Of a DNA stretch of 64,000 nt, positions 50,165 to 63,662 are shown one piece after another. The DNA is taken from assembly GCA_022605425.2 (NCBI GenBank), contig JAKIMF020000001.1, positions 744,001 through 808,000 on the forward strand, in the 5' to 3' direction. Below the pieces are notes generated by a model. That model had not been told where the DNA came from and ran no database searches. It was given only the letters and a program-made list of their open reading frames with translations. The position numbers were made by a program, and so were the translations under genes. Positions within the stretch are counted from its first letter, which is position 1; each line of letters begins with the position of its first letter. Source of the stretch: Hamiltosporidium tvaerminnensis FI-OER-3-3. Taxonomy: Eukaryota > Fungi > Microsporidia.

Positions 50165-50869
50165 AATTATCATTAAAACATAAAATTACAGAATTTAAGT
50201 ATTTTTTAGCATTTTTTTGTAGTTTCATTATCAATTCTCAATAATAAATTATTTTAAATTTTTTTTCGCCAAACAAATAAATATTTTAATATGTAACAAA
50301 CTATTTTATAATTTTTTTCTAAATTTATAATTACAGTAACGATGAGTTATAAGCAGTTCAATTTTTTTACGTAATTTGGTTTTACATTTTTTTAAACTCT
50401 TTAAATTACATTTTCCCGAATCTTTCTTGATTTAAAGTTCATTGATTACCAATTGCCCTTAAAAACGTGCCTTAAAGTTTTTAAACAAAGTATAAAAACT
50501 TCAATCAATTGTTTAAAAAAAGAAAAAGAATTTCACCGTAAATTTTATCTGGTGTAGAAATTAAAAACCAATTTGCTTTAAGATTTCATAAATATTTCTA
50601 TCAAAAAATAAGCACCGAAAGTTTATAAAAAAACCAAATTAAAACTACATTTTTGATAAAATATATATCAAAATAAATATTTTTAAATTAATATCGCCAA
50701 GGACGATACAATTTAGGATAAATTAGGCTAGAAATATATTTTAGGTTTCTGAAAAAGAGTTAAAAATTCAATCGACCCGAAAGTCGGTATAACGTTATGA
50801 GACTAAATTTAAAAAAAACAAATGATAAAAATAGGTATCATAATAGCGTAGTTCGTAGCCAACATCTAA

Positions 50870-51585
50870 TTATTTTAATTGGATATAAATTTAAGTCTTC
50901 AAAACAAATTAGGGTTTAAACCCTGTAATTCTAGGAATGAGTATGCGGACATATGAGTAGACATATGAACGAAAATTGATGTAAAATTTGGAATAATAGA
51001 CCAGATATATATATTTTAGATAAGAAATTAGACCAATTATTGCAGATTGAGGTCGGAATTACCTCACAAGATTCGCTTTAAATTGTTGAAACTAAAAATT
51101 TTTTAGCTTTTGGCTGATAAACCATGTCTTATTAATAGATTTGGTGATGGGACGAGTCTTTATCTTATATTATAGAATAATATGTTACAACATAACATAA
51201 GATGTACCTTTAAATATACCAATAACAATAAGAGTAGAGGTATATATTCAGTTTATAGTACTCAAAAATTCAGATGAACCCATTTCTTTTGATCGAAGAA
51301 AATCCAAGTAAAAGATAGTTGTTATTTCATCACTTGTAATGCAACAGGAAGTCAATGACTATTTCTCTTGCTTTACTTTTAAAAATATATAAAATCAGTC
51401 AAAAAATGGTGAGCCAATAAAGAAGTAAAATATTCAATTTTTAATTTTAGATGATACAACTGAAGACAATAATTTTAAAAAATCTATATATTGTACCGGA
51501 AGTCTCGAGAGTATTTTTAAGCGATTATCAGTAATAAATATAATTCAAAGAAAGACTAGCAGTCAATCCAGCATTTAAATAAATT
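50870..51585 (+). mobile_element. Decayed 3' portion of the R4-like LINE
   Basis: tttaagtcttcaaaac, aataatagaccagatatatatattttagataagaa, ggaattacctcacaagattcgctt and tttgatcgaagaa match the LINE. Confidence 0.8.
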
Positions 51586-51627
51586 TTTTATTTCTCTGTT
51601 TTTAAAAGAACAAATATATTTTTACCG

Positions 51628-51904
51628 ATGGCATTCAAAAAGTCAGAATCAATAAAACGATGTGGAGGAATTCTCAGTAAAAATAGAGCAATGATTTGTG
51701 ATAAATGTTCTACAATGTGTTGCATATGCAAAGATTTTCTGTCAACATCATATAAAGCCTACATTTGTGAAAACTGTGCATCATTTTCTCCTTCCTGTGT
51801 TATTTGTGGATATAGTATTGCAGATAACACTGCCTACTATTGTTTTCAGTGTAAAACTTTAGAAAAAGGACAGAGATGGTTGTCCTATGAGGCACAATTT
51901 TTAG
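51628..51904 (+). CDS. RDS3: PHF5A/Rds3 SF3b zinc-cluster splicing factor, with one extra base near 51863-51867
   Basis: CDKC..CCIC..ICENC..CVICG..AYYC.QC pattern; the conserved EKDRDGCP is found in the +1 frame and ends at TAG 51902-51904. Confidence 0.88.
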
Positions 51905-52515
51905 AAAAGGTAAATAAAAAAATGTTTTAACCCGAATACAATGAAATAGTTATTATATTTAAAATACTGTTTTATAGTTTAATTTGAAGTTCAATTGTTT
52001 TTTGAAAAGAAGTTTCCTAAAATTTTTTTGCTTCGCTTAAGATTGAAATTCTTTTAATAACCGTTTTTTTAATAAAAGAAAAATTAAAGTTAAAAATTCT
52101 AATAAACAATGATTTTGAAAAGCAAAAGACAACCAGCAAATAATATAATTCATTTAATTTTACTTTTTGTAATTCATTTTTCTTAAATTTCAATAACAGA
52201 ATCAAAAATTCGAATTAAGTTTAATATTTCGGTTGGTAAAATTGTTAAGATATTTTTTAAACCATTTGATTTTTCAGTTATAGTTAAGAAGAGTACGAAT
52301 AATGCTAAAAAAATACTTTAAATTTACATATTCAATATTTTTCGATGTATCATTGCTTATGTGTTGTGTCTATAACATTTTCATTGAATATTCAAAAAAT
52401 ATATATATTTACACCTAAATTTATGCTCTTAAAAAATGAATTTATTAAGAACTGATATTTTAAGAGTTATTTTACCTGCCTTAAATCTTTCTTTCTCTAA
52501 AATTTTATTTTCCAT

Positions 52516-53240
52516 TTATTTAAAAAGTATCACATATTTTTAAAATAGTGGAAAGTGTTATATTTGTTTTTATGACATTAACGCAGTTCTAGGTTTAACA
52601 TAAATAACTGCTACCCCAACACTCCATCGGTAACCCCTGCGATACCTACGTCCCAAAGCCTTTCATCTACCAGGTGTGTAGAACCTAATTAATAGGCGAG
52701 GCAGTTGCCCGGAGTTCGTTAATGTCCGTTGCATGGAGTGTGATCGAAGGCCTAAGCCCCCCCTGGGCTCCCCCAAGACTATGCAGCATTCCCACTTACT
52801 CTACACTTTCTGAACCCAAAAAACTTCTAGCTAAGATATATTTCAGAGATTTACATGGGGTCCACCTAGACAGTGCAATGTCATACCAACAGGTATAACC
52901 TGCTACTTAGCTCTCCCGGCTTTTAATGGGTTTTATTTTTATATCTCCCAGGCGCTAAGTCTTCTAACCCGAGTGAGCAAGGCTAGGTTTCCATGCTTTT
53001 ACATGGCAATTACCTACATGTTCTGCCGGTCTGCAATCTGGTTACATAAAAAACTACAAATAAATTTGTAGAAAAAGTTTCGCTATTTCTTAGACCTCTT
53101 CTCCTCATAAAACTCTCATGGAACAACCGAAGATGTAGTGTGGTTTTATTCGCACCAAAAATCCAAACAATGACCTCACACCAGTTTCACACACTCATTG
53201 CCAAGCAGAAAGTTTTTTATGTGGTTATCCTCCCTCCACA
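52516..53240 (-). mobile_element. Family A retroposon, copy A6, with 12-bp TSD
   Basis: TSD tttattttccat at 52504-52515 and 53241-53252; full-length. Confidence 0.95.
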
Positions 53241-54467
53241 TTTATTTTCCATAATAAATAATATTATTATAGAAAATTAACCAAATAAAAAAATTTCCTA
53301 TTTTCAATTGGCAAAGAAACATTGATAATGATACATGTGTAGTTTAAACTTACCTAAATATTTTTAGTTTAAAGATAATTATAATTCTTATAAAGTAAAT
53401 TGCAACAAATAGAATTTATGATATAAATACTGAAACAATGTGTAGCAAACCAAAAGAAAATATATTTATAAAAAAAGAATATCATTTTACAAATATTTTA
53501 AAACAGAGTTATGAGGTTAAAATGATCAAAAAGATAAAAATAAAATAAAACTATAAATGAATTAGACATTTAATAGGTTAAAAACATATTTAAATTTAAA
53601 CTTTAAAACTTATTCATTTATTGTTAATCTTTTCGGTTTTTATATCTTCGAAGAAAAATGTGAAACTACGAAATCGATATTCCAACGGTTTTTTTTCATT
53701 TAATCGTGATTACAGAAATAAATGGTACAACATATAAATCAAATGTTATTTATAGAGACCTCATAATTTTTGAACTGTAATTTTTTATTCTCTTTTAGAC
53801 AAAATTCATATCGATTTAAAATATCAACAGAGTTTTATTTTATCTATGAAGTTTCAATTGAAATTAGAAGTTTTTTTTGCAAGAATTTTAAACATTCTGA
53901 TTCTAATTCAAATTTACTCAAAATTTCATTTAATACAGATATTTGTCTATTCAAACGTATATCACATATTTAAAAGATATTCAAAACTTCTGAATCCATA
54001 GACCAAGGATTTGTTGGTTTGAAAAAAATATTTTTTTAAATGCATATAAATCTAAATAAATTGGTATCTTATTAAACATTTCTTAAATATTTCAAGATTA
54101 GAATAACTTTAATTATTTTTACAAATATTCAATTACCGTTTTATATTCATCTTCAAACTTATACTTCTTTTATATTTATCTGATTTCCAAAAATGTGGTT
54201 ATTCCAACTGAAATAAGCAGGATTTGCTTTTAATTGCATGTACAACACATCATATATTTTTAAATTATATTTGTGTAAAAATTTGAAGTAAATTTAGGAA
54301 AAAAAAAGTATATTTTTCATAAAAAGAAGATTTTATAAACAATATTAACCAATCAACTATTTATGAGTAAATATATTTTCAAATTAATTAAGAAATATAC
54401 TATTAATAGATGTTTTATGATATTGTAAACGATATGATAAATATATTTGAAAAAGAATTATATTTAT

Positions 54468-55533
54468 TTAGACATCATCTACACTTCTAACAGCAAGCGA
54501 TCCGAATGTGGATCTTCTAAAAAAGACAATATATAACAGTGAACAAAGAAACGAAATAAGTGTCAATATTGCCAAGGGGAAAGCTATTAAGGAGAATAAT
54601 AGGATTAGCTCCTAATAAAACAACAACCCCAAGCATTGTAATAAGCATGCTCATATGAACAGTTAGTACTCTTTTCCATCCAACTACGTTCTCATTTTCA
54701 CTATCACTTGTTGTATCTAAAAGTGCAAATAAATCATTTTGTGTTCTATCTAGTTCAAAGAGAAATTCTTCGTCTGGATCCATGGAATTCGCTTTGAATA
54801 TGTCTCTAACTTCAGTTTTCATCAGGAAATCATCATCTGTGGCAAAATATTTTGCGTGATATGAAAGTTTTTTTGTATCAGGAATATTTGGAGGAAGTTT
54901 TAAGTTTCCTACTTGTATATCTTGAATAATTTCTTCAGGTGTCTTTCCCTCAATTATATCTGTATGGTCTTTATCTCTTATACAATTATCTGTATCTTTT
55001 GCTTTTTTTAAATCGTATATGTTAAAATTTAAAGATACATTTGATGTCCTAAATACAGCAGAAAACGATCTTGTTTCTTCGTCTTTGGGTTTTTCATCGG
55101 TACAAAAATAAAAATCCAAAATGGCTCGATCCACTTCTTGTTTAGTAATTATATAATAATACACCTCACCAATTATAAACATATTGTTCAAAGGATTTCT
55201 TACCTTCATTCTATGTAAAAGTCTTCTATCACTTTCATATTTAAACAAAAGTTTATTTACTTCAGAAGCAGAATAATAATAATTATAAAGATGTTCTTGT
55301 CTATACTGATCAGGTGTCGTAATTCTGGCCAATATAAAATCCTTTCCCGCCTTTTTAAAGTCCATTACTAAAATTTTAAGTTCTTCTAACGTAAATGTTT
55401 CTGGCTCGTCTGCATCTACTGTATCCAATTCAGTCAAATTAAAAGATGATGCATTGTCGGGACCGCCTAATACACGTATTTCAGTAGATATGTTTTTAAT
55501 TTTCTCATAAAACTCTTCAAAAGTATTTTCCAT
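54468..55533 (-). CDS. Hypothetical protein with C-terminal transmembrane segments; probable extra base near 54591
   Basis: Long ORF. After GANPIIL the +1 frame gives a better TM helix, LIAFPLAILTLISFLCSLLYIVFFRR...DDV*, ending at 54468 (ORF-track end is 54517). Confidence 0.7.
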
Positions 55534-56239
55534 TTTATTTAATTTGAGAAATTTTATTTTGAAAATATTTGTGTTAGATAATTAATTCTAGAACGTTCTT
55601 ATTGAGAAGTAAACAAATACAAATTTACTAAGAAATTTTACAAAACAATAAAAAAAAATCAAATTAAAGTTTTTTCCTTCTTTATATTTCATTTTTCTAA
55701 CTATAAATTTCAAATATATTTTATACTGAGTTTTTAGTTAATTATTAAATATTTTCTAAATATGTCTATTATTCAAAATATATCTTCAATTAAACTATTA
55801 AAGTAATTAGAAAGCCGAAAAAACCGGATTTTAAATACTTTTGAAAGAAGATTCAAAACCATGTGTAATATTTATAAATGAAATCAATAACATCGAAACA
55901 TTACTGATTATATTCCTGCTTTTAGTTAAAAACTTATTATAATTTCATTTAATATTAGAAAAATCAAATTTTTTAATAAAGTATTTCTATTTTATATACT
56001 ATAAAAAGAAAGAAAAATATTGTTCAATCTATAATGTTCATAAGAATCTATAACTGTTCTTATTTATAATATAAAAATCTCGTTTTTTAAACTGAGATTC
56101 TTCTTGTATTACTTTTTATATCTCTGTATCTTATAGTCTTAGAATGAAAGGAATTAAGATTGGATCCTTTTTATAAACAATATTTTAAGAGCATATGAAT
56201 ATGTAAATTATCATATAATTTAAGGAAACTAGCTTGATT

Positions 56240-56904
56240 TAGTTAGTTTTCATGACATCAATGCGGTCCTAGGTTTAAAATTAATAAATATTCTCTACCG
56301 TTCATCGATATCCCTCTGCAAATACCTAGATTTACATCCAAAAAGCTATGAAGAACCCTCTTAAAGAATGTAAGCTTTCCGAATTTTGTAAATTTCTGCT
56401 TCCTGGAGTATGATTGCTGCTCGAAGCTTCCTTCGGCTGACACAATATCATCAGAATCTTTACTTACTCTACACCTTTCGAAGTGAGTAAAGTTTCGGCT
56501 AAGATATACTCGCAGACTTACATAAGTTCCACCTGCAAGTTGCGATCTCATATCAAAGTGTATAAGCTGCTACTAGATTTCTTGGTTTTTCAAAGAATAT
56601 ATGTTTTTGTATTTTCTTGCTCTGATGTCTTCTAACTTAAATTAGCAAGACATGGTTTCTATGAATTTATGTCAAAATTACTTACAATTTTAGTTGTAGA
56701 TTTCGATATAATTACATCAAAATCTACAAGATAAGCTTGTATGGAAGGTTTCCTATTTTAGACCTTATTCTCCATGTATAAATTCTCACGGAACAACAGA
56801 AAATTTAGTGAGATTTTCATCACATCAAAAAAAAATGATCTCCATATCTGTTTCACTTACTCTTTCCCAAGCAGATGGTTTTAATGCAGTTATCTTCCTC
56901 TGCC
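56240..56904 (-). mobile_element. Family A retroposon, old copy A7
   Basis: atgacatcaatgc, ctaggtttaa, acttactctacac, gctaagatata, ggaacaac and ccaagcaga blocks in order. Confidence 0.8.
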
Positions 56905-57719
56905 GTTTTAGGTTTATTTAAATAAAAGATGCACGGAAAATTATATTATGATTTTGATATGTTTTCTTTCGCTTTTATTTAAATAAATATTTGATGTAAA
57001 CTTTATTTAATCTATAGAAACCTAAGATTCCATATTTAAAATTTATAATCAAATCATTGTGCTTCTAACAAATTTTAAAGTAGCAAATATGTTTTTGTAA
57101 AAATATATTTTATAAAATCAATATCAGCAAATATTTACTTCTATAATAAATTCTAATCAAAAAATATTGTGTATAAATCTACTTGGTAACATTAATATAA
57201 GACAATACAATGTTTATTCGGTAATTCGAACTTTATAAACCGTATTGTGTCTTAAGAATAATTTCTTTAAAAAAATGTATTTAAAATTAATTATTTTTTT
57301 CTATTATATTATAATACTGTCTAATTAAACAGATTTAGAATTAAGAAAATATTTTATTACATTTATCCTAATAATATGATTGATGATAGATATTGCAATT
57401 TTAATATTTTATTTAAAATAATAACTCAATTTTTTATATTAAATTCTTGAAATACTTCTTTGGACGACAAAAAAGGAAAAAAAATATTTCATAATTACTC
57501 TTATTAAATATTATTAACCATTTTTATAAATTACTGATTCTAGAAATGTTTTTTTCTATTTTTAATTTAATTAATTAATTGATAATTTTATTAGAAAATT
57601 CGTAGAGCGCATTTGACAATAGGTTGATCATTTTTTTAAGACCTCATTTCATAAGAACTAAGTATATAGCGTTTAAATGAACGATCAATACCTAAAATAA
57701 TAAGAAGTAATAATTAAAC

Positions 57720-57832
57720 TGACCCGACTTCTGGAGGTTGAGGATTGATGGAACGTGGTACTGGAAAGAGTTCTTTAAGCGAAATTACCAAGAGAGGCCA
57801 AGGCTCGTGCAGGGCTTCGTCAAGGATGAATC
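57720..57832 (+). mobile_element. Fragment of RTE-type 3' end, related to 63663-63890
   Basis: ctggaaagag...gaggccaaggctcgtgcagggct...caaggatgaat matches the reverse complement of ~63667-63755. Confidence 0.65.
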
Positions 57833-58881
57833 AAAAAATATATAAATAAAACTGATTATCTTTAAAGTATTAAGTTTATATGAACGGACAAAAAAGTCTT
57901 TGTAATATAAAAATTATTAAATTGAATTAATAAGATTAATATTTAAACTAAAGTAATCAAAATATAAATACTCTTTCTAATGTAATGATTATAATATGTT
58001 TGAATTTTCACATAATTTAAGTCAAAAAGTAAATCATAAAATTTAGATGTTTACCAAGCAAATATTCGGTTTAAAGTCTTTCTTTGTCTTATAATCTTAA
58101 AATGATAATATTAGGTTAATTTACTATAGATGCTTGAACAAATTATTTACCAAAATTTTATTTGTATTGCTTATAAATACTACTACATGATTACAGCAAA
58201 GTAGTGACATCATTCTTGTAAATCCAAGACCATTCATATATTTTTCACGTTTATTATCTATCCAGCGACTTTGTCTTATATAAATAATTTCATAAACGAT
58301 TTAATTGAATAAAAGCATATAGACAGTTAAACAAGCAAAATAATTGTTTTATTAAAACACAATTGAAAATATTCTACTAAATACGTCTTAAGGACTTTAT
58401 TTATACAAAAATAGTTTCAATTTAAGAAATCCAAACTCACGTTCTAAATTTTGTTTCGTAAGTTTAAATTAGCTTGACTTAAATTTCTTAAAGATAAAAA
58501 ATTTGAATTTAATTTATAAATTTAACCTAAAAATAATCCCCCGCAATATAAATTCGAGTATATTGTAACAAATGCCATAAGACGTATGTTAAAAGACTTC
58601 AAATATCAGTAAGAATATTAATATATACCTGTGTTGTTTTTGACCATAGAAAAGAATCTAAGACGAACCAATTATTGATTGGAGTTGAAGAACTTTTTCA
58701 GAAGGTTTTTTTAGACAGCAGAAATACGAGTGGGTTTTAAATTACATCCTTTATATGATAGATTATGGAAAGTTAAACCTTAAAATTTTAATTTGAAAAA
58801 AACAACTGAGAACTGAACAACTCTTAATATTAATTTAAAACTCAAAGAGAAATTCAACATTATAATTATACAAAACCAATT

Positions 58882-59020
58882 TCTTACTTATTCCTTTCTT
58901 TTTTATCTCCCGGCGTCGAGGATGAACAAATAAAAATTTTTCATTTTTCTTTTAATCCGTTGTAACTCGGGATTAAAGAGGATCGGTCTATAGCACCATT
59001 GTGGTTTGTATCCTAGTAAA
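58882..59020 (-). mobile_element. Family B retroposon, 5'-truncated copy B3
   Basis: Reverse complement: aaaccacaatgg...taatcccgagttacaacggatt...cctcgacgccgggagataaaaaagaaaggaataagtaag. Confidence 0.72.
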
Positions 59021-59278
59021 TAAATCAGTTATCTAAAAAAATAGAGATATAGAGTTTAAATTAAATAAGAAAAATATAAGAATCAAATCAATTGGTTTAT
59101 CAAGTGGCTTCATTTATGATGAAACTAAAGATAAATATATTATTTATGTATTTACTTCATTAATAGATAATTTACTTCAATCCAGAAAATTAATTTTTAT
59201 TTTAAATTGAAAGAACAGTATTTTAATAAAATTAAAATATCAAAAAAAAATGTGAATTAAAAAATCTTAAGTGTTTTA

Positions 59279-59869
59279 TTAGCAACACGAAAAGTTCCTT
59301 TTTCCACCTTTAATATTAATTTTGGCGATTTTGGGTTCAACTTCCTTCCTTGGTAATAATTCTGCTGTTTCAAAGAATATTTTTTTAACATTATGTCCTG
59401 TTTTAGCACTTGTTTCATAAAAACGCAATCCCTGTGAATCTGCATATGTTTTTCCTTCTTCATAGTTTATCTTTCTTAAAGAACATAAATCCATTTTATT
59501 ACCGACCAGTATCTTAATAAAATCTTTTGGTTTTTCTACTTTCAATTCTTCAACCCATTTTTTAGCAGTTTCAAAGCTTTCTCGTGACGTAATATCATAA
59601 ACTATAAAGGCTACATGTGCTCCTCTATAATACATGGGTATTAAACTGTTATATCTTTCTTGCCCTGCTGTGTCCCATATCTCATATTTTATACTTGCAC
59701 CATTTGAAAACAGACTTTTTGTTAAAAATGCAGCCCCGATAGTACTTTCTTCATTCGAATTAAACTCTCCTTTAACATATTTCATTACCAAACAGCTTTT
59801 ACCTACTGAATAATATCCTAATACTACTAATTTATAACTATATTCCATTATATCTATATCTGTCTTCAT
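59279..59869 (-). CDS. RAB5: Rab5/Ypt51-family small GTPase
   Basis: VGKS, ESTIGAAFLT, EIWDTAGQERY.SL.PMYYRGA, GNKMD, ETSAK and C-terminal CC. Confidence 0.9.
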   Translation of the reverse strand: MKTDIDIMEYSYKLVVLGYYSVGKSCLVMKYVKGEFNSNEESTIGAAFLTKSLFSNGASIKYEIWDTAGQERYNSLIPMYYRGAHVAFIVYDITSRESFETAKKWVEELKVEKPKDFIKILVGNKMDLCSLRKINYEEGKTYADSQGLRFYETSAKTGHNVKKIFFETAELLPRKEVEPKIAKINIKGGKRNFSCC

Positions 59870-59934
59870 AGTGTTTTGCTCTTACAACAAATTAAAAAGA
59901 ATTTTTATTATTGTAAAACAAAGTTTCAAAAATC

Positions 59935-60052
59935 ATGTTTTAGATTTTATTTTTGTAGAGATTTAAGAATTTATTTTTTTAGAGATTTGAGGATTCATTT
60001 TTGTGGAGATTTAAGAATTCATTTTCGTAGAGATTTGAGGTTTTATTTTCGG
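59935..60052. repeat. ~24-bp minisatellite in the divergent intergenic region between Rab5 and the 60429 gene
   Basis: About five units of agagattt(a/g)ag(a/g)att(c/t)attttt. Confidence 0.8.
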
Positions 60053-60428
60053 GTTTAAATATAATTTAAACCTAAAAAAATACTTAGAAATCAGAACATT
60101 TAAAATTTGAAAAAATACTTAAAGAATTCAAGAAATAGAATCAATGAAAAATAAAATAGAAAACTAATTTTTTTAAGAAAATCAGAATCTATTGTAAATT
60201 TTAAAAACACACTTTTAAAACATCTTTTAAAAAGCAAAACAAAATAATTTTTAAAATCATTGAATTCTTAAATAAAAATATATTTTTCATTGATTTGATT
60301 CAAACATTTTTTAAATTTGTTAGGTTTTTTGCGCCTTCTTGTAATATAAATGTGGTTTTATAAAATATGTGTCTTAAAACAGTATAATTCCTTGTTTTAA
60401 TGTAAAAAATACGCGCCCTTAAATTTAG

Positions 60429-61207
60429 ATGAGCAAAATGTTTTTTGGAGATCCTTCTAAAGAAGAAATAGATCTTTATCTTTCAGATATTAAATATTCG
60501 CTTATAAACAATCCAAATTTAAAAAATGAAATAATTACTTCTCAAAAATCTTTTGGAAACAAAAAAATTGAAAGAAAAAACAATTTTTTTGACAAAATAA
60601 AAGCGTATGAATTTACCGAGCCAAATGTGTGTTTCAAGAAATATTAAAATGAATTTTGATATCAAAAAGACACGCAATACAAGTGTAGAAGATATTGTAA
60701 CACAAGATATTTCGTCAGAAATTATTGAAAAAATGGAAAAAGAATTTTCCAGTAGAAGAAAATCGAAAAAAAAAAGAAAAATATTCGGAAATTCGAGGAA
60801 TGGAATTCTTCAACCCAAAAATTTAAATGTTCCTTTTAGTATTGATAAATCCAAAATGAAGGAATTACGTGATTTGACACGAAAAAATACTTTGAAAAAT
60901 ACAGGTTATAAATTTGTCAGGCTAGAAAGCAAATTAAGAACTGTTTTCTATTCCTACGAAGATTTCGAACATGAAAAAAATAAAAATATTGAAGATTTTG
61001 TATTTAAAAAAAGAAAAGTTCGTTTTATAGATAGAAATACAAACAGGTTATATCATAATGAAGGAGACCCGATACCGATTATTTTACAACCGAAAGAAAA
61101 GACTGAATTTAGTTGAGCCGGACACTATCGAAACTGTATTCATTGAAAATATTCTTACAATTCCTAGAAAAGTATCTGCAGGTGAATTTATATTCAAAAA
61201 ACTTTAA
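60429..61207 (+). CDS. Hypothetical lysine-rich protein, probably one gene split by two +1 indels
   Basis: CCC motif at 60416-60418 before the ATG. ORFs 60429-60647 and 60607-61116 overlap, and a third frame continues KKRLNLVEPDTIETV...FKKL* to 61207. Contains RKVRF. Confidence 0.6.
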
Positions 61208-61229
61208 AATAAAAATTTGTTTTCTTAAT

Positions 61230-63400
61230 TTCTATTTAAGTTTAAAAAAGACTTGGATCTTAAAAAAAAGTTTTAAAATTTAAACCATCATATTTAATGG
61301 TTCTTTCCTCGTTTATTGCCTTTGAATTTTAAATTTTTTATATTTTGGTATTTGATTCATCATTTTGTTTAAAATAGTTTTGTCATGGAATTTTCATCTC
61401 AGTTGTCTTTTAAGAGATTTCTTTCTTATATTTTATAAGATTTTAAAATTTTTCTTATATTTGATTTATCAATCTATATTCTTTGTCAACCAAAAGAAAT
61501 TATTTTGATTATCTTTTCAATTACACTAACTTAAATACGTAGTTATGTTTTTTTTTAGAAATTCAAATTATATAAATATTGGTTTTTATATTTTGTAAAA
61601 TATATTTCAAATCTATTCTTGAATAATACAATGTACCCAGATTATTGAGATTTAATACGTTCTTGGGATATTTTATGGCTTAATTATTTATTAGGCCAAA
61701 AATTAGAATAATCTTAAAATAATTCTTATTTAATCACGAGATTTTAATGAATTTTAGTTTAAACTAAATTTTTTAAGTCTAATATTTAGATTTTTGTCAT
61801 CGGATATTGTTCTGGCAGCTCATATTGTTTCAAGATACTTATTTGCCGGAAATTATTAAACAGAATTGGTTTTAATTTACTCAATACATTTAAAGTTATA
61901 TTTATTAAGACAAATTGGTGTCGATTTTACAAAACATAATTATCGCGCCTGTTTTGGAAATTAGAAATACATTATCTACGTGCGTAGATATAGGAGACCA
62001 AACTTTTTTTGATTATTATTTTAAGTCTGTCTTGGTACCTAAAAATATTTTATATTGAATTTACCAGAACTGGCTGTATCAGTTTTAATATAAAAATTAT
62101 TGAATATAAAGAAGACTGAGATTCGTTAAATAGCTTATTTTTCCAGTTTAAGTCAGCACATGAGTGTTTTTATGTGTTTTATCTCTTGCATAGTGGTACA
62201 GGTTTGTTTTTTCTTATAGTTTTCTCCGTAAAAAATATAAATATTTTTCATTTTTGAGTTTATGAATGTTTAACCATACAGATTGAATTCTTATACATTT
62301 TATTTTTGCAATGATATTTCTATTTATTATTTCCCCATTTCTTCTAATAATTTATAGATTATATAAAATATGTGAGTTGATGATTAATAAGTATAACGAT
62401 TTACGTAGATACAGATCGAGCAGTAACAGAGTTACTTCTATAATTCTTTAAGATTTCCTTGCATTATCTTAATCTCCTTGCTGCAAATATTTAATATAAA
62501 CCAATTTATTCGCATATTTCAATATATCAGCGAAGATGGTTAGTAAGTTATCGCGATCTGATTAACTAATCAAAGATGTTTCTATCATTGAGTTCAATCA
62601 ATGGAATAACTGTATTTAAGACATCGCTTCTTTTTAAAACCCTTTAAGACAAGATGTTAGGTTTTATTTGAAGATTTTTTTATATTTCTGATAATGGCAA
62701 ACATTTGGGTTTGGAAAGTGTCGTATTCCACACATAGAACATAACAAGTTCCAGATTTATTGTTTCACTGTATAATATATATTGATAAATGAAGTTTTTA
62801 TCTTCTATTATCTAGGATAAGATGGATTATACATTTCCAAGCCTATTACATTGATATTTAAAATAAAATTACTCGGATAATCATTTGAAGTGAAACAAAC
62901 GACCACACTTGTGGATTTTGATCGAGCTTCTAAGTCATACAATCATACAAAACACAGATATAAGAGAATATGACCAATATTTTGATTTTTTCTTGTATTT
63001 TTTTCTCTTGGTCTATTATTTTGATTTTATTTTTACAGTTCGAGTTAAAATAAGTCAGAATTTTAGGATTCAAGAATATTTTTAAGTTTTCATATATTTA
63101 ACGAATAAAGCTATTTTTATTCTTCTGTATTATTTGAAAGAAGAGTATGTTTCCTTAATGCTTGGAAAATATTCTTTTATAGATTGTAAAAGTACTAAAA
63201 CTAGTTACTGAGTCTACTTCATACATCATTTTACGAAATAAATATATTTTGCAATTAACTATTGCCTTTGCTCACTTTTTGAAGAACTTTGCCTATAATC
63301 CAAATCAAAACAATATATGTTTGACACATAGAAGATTGATCTAGAGTCGATCCCTTATCGAGATATTATTTTTGGCCTAAAATATATTATAATTTGCAAA
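61230..63400 (-). mobile_element. Highly decayed R4-like LINE (divergent subfamily)
   Basis: Minus-strand remnants IGLEM (~62835-62850), (Y)LGIIED-like (~62800-62820), NQ.AI (~62545-62565) and CPLCK-like (~62185-62200) in LINE order. Confidence 0.45.
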
Positions 63401-63662
63401 TACCGAAGTAACTCGGTTCGTTTCTCCAAAGTATTACATTCATTCTGTCCTATATATTATAATAATTAAATGTGAGTTTCTTTATATAGAAATAAAAAAA
63501 ATCGATGCTACTCTAAAATGTGAATTCAAATTCGGTTTTAATAAATTATAAAAATAGGAAACATGCTTTGAATTGTATTGGATACCATATGTGCATTTCT
63601 TTAATAATATCTTCATCTGTTGCTTTGGCTATACAGTAAAGGAACACACATACTTTTATAAT

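Noticed and set aside
52955-52975. CTAACCC as a telomerase RNA template within family A
   Set aside because: It is on the antisense strand relative to the head/tail polarity and is not conserved across copies (ctaactc in A1 and A2).
59935-60052. Regularly spaced repeats as a possible CRISPR array
   Set aside because: Contiguous degenerate units without unique spacers, in a eukaryotic context with no cas genes.
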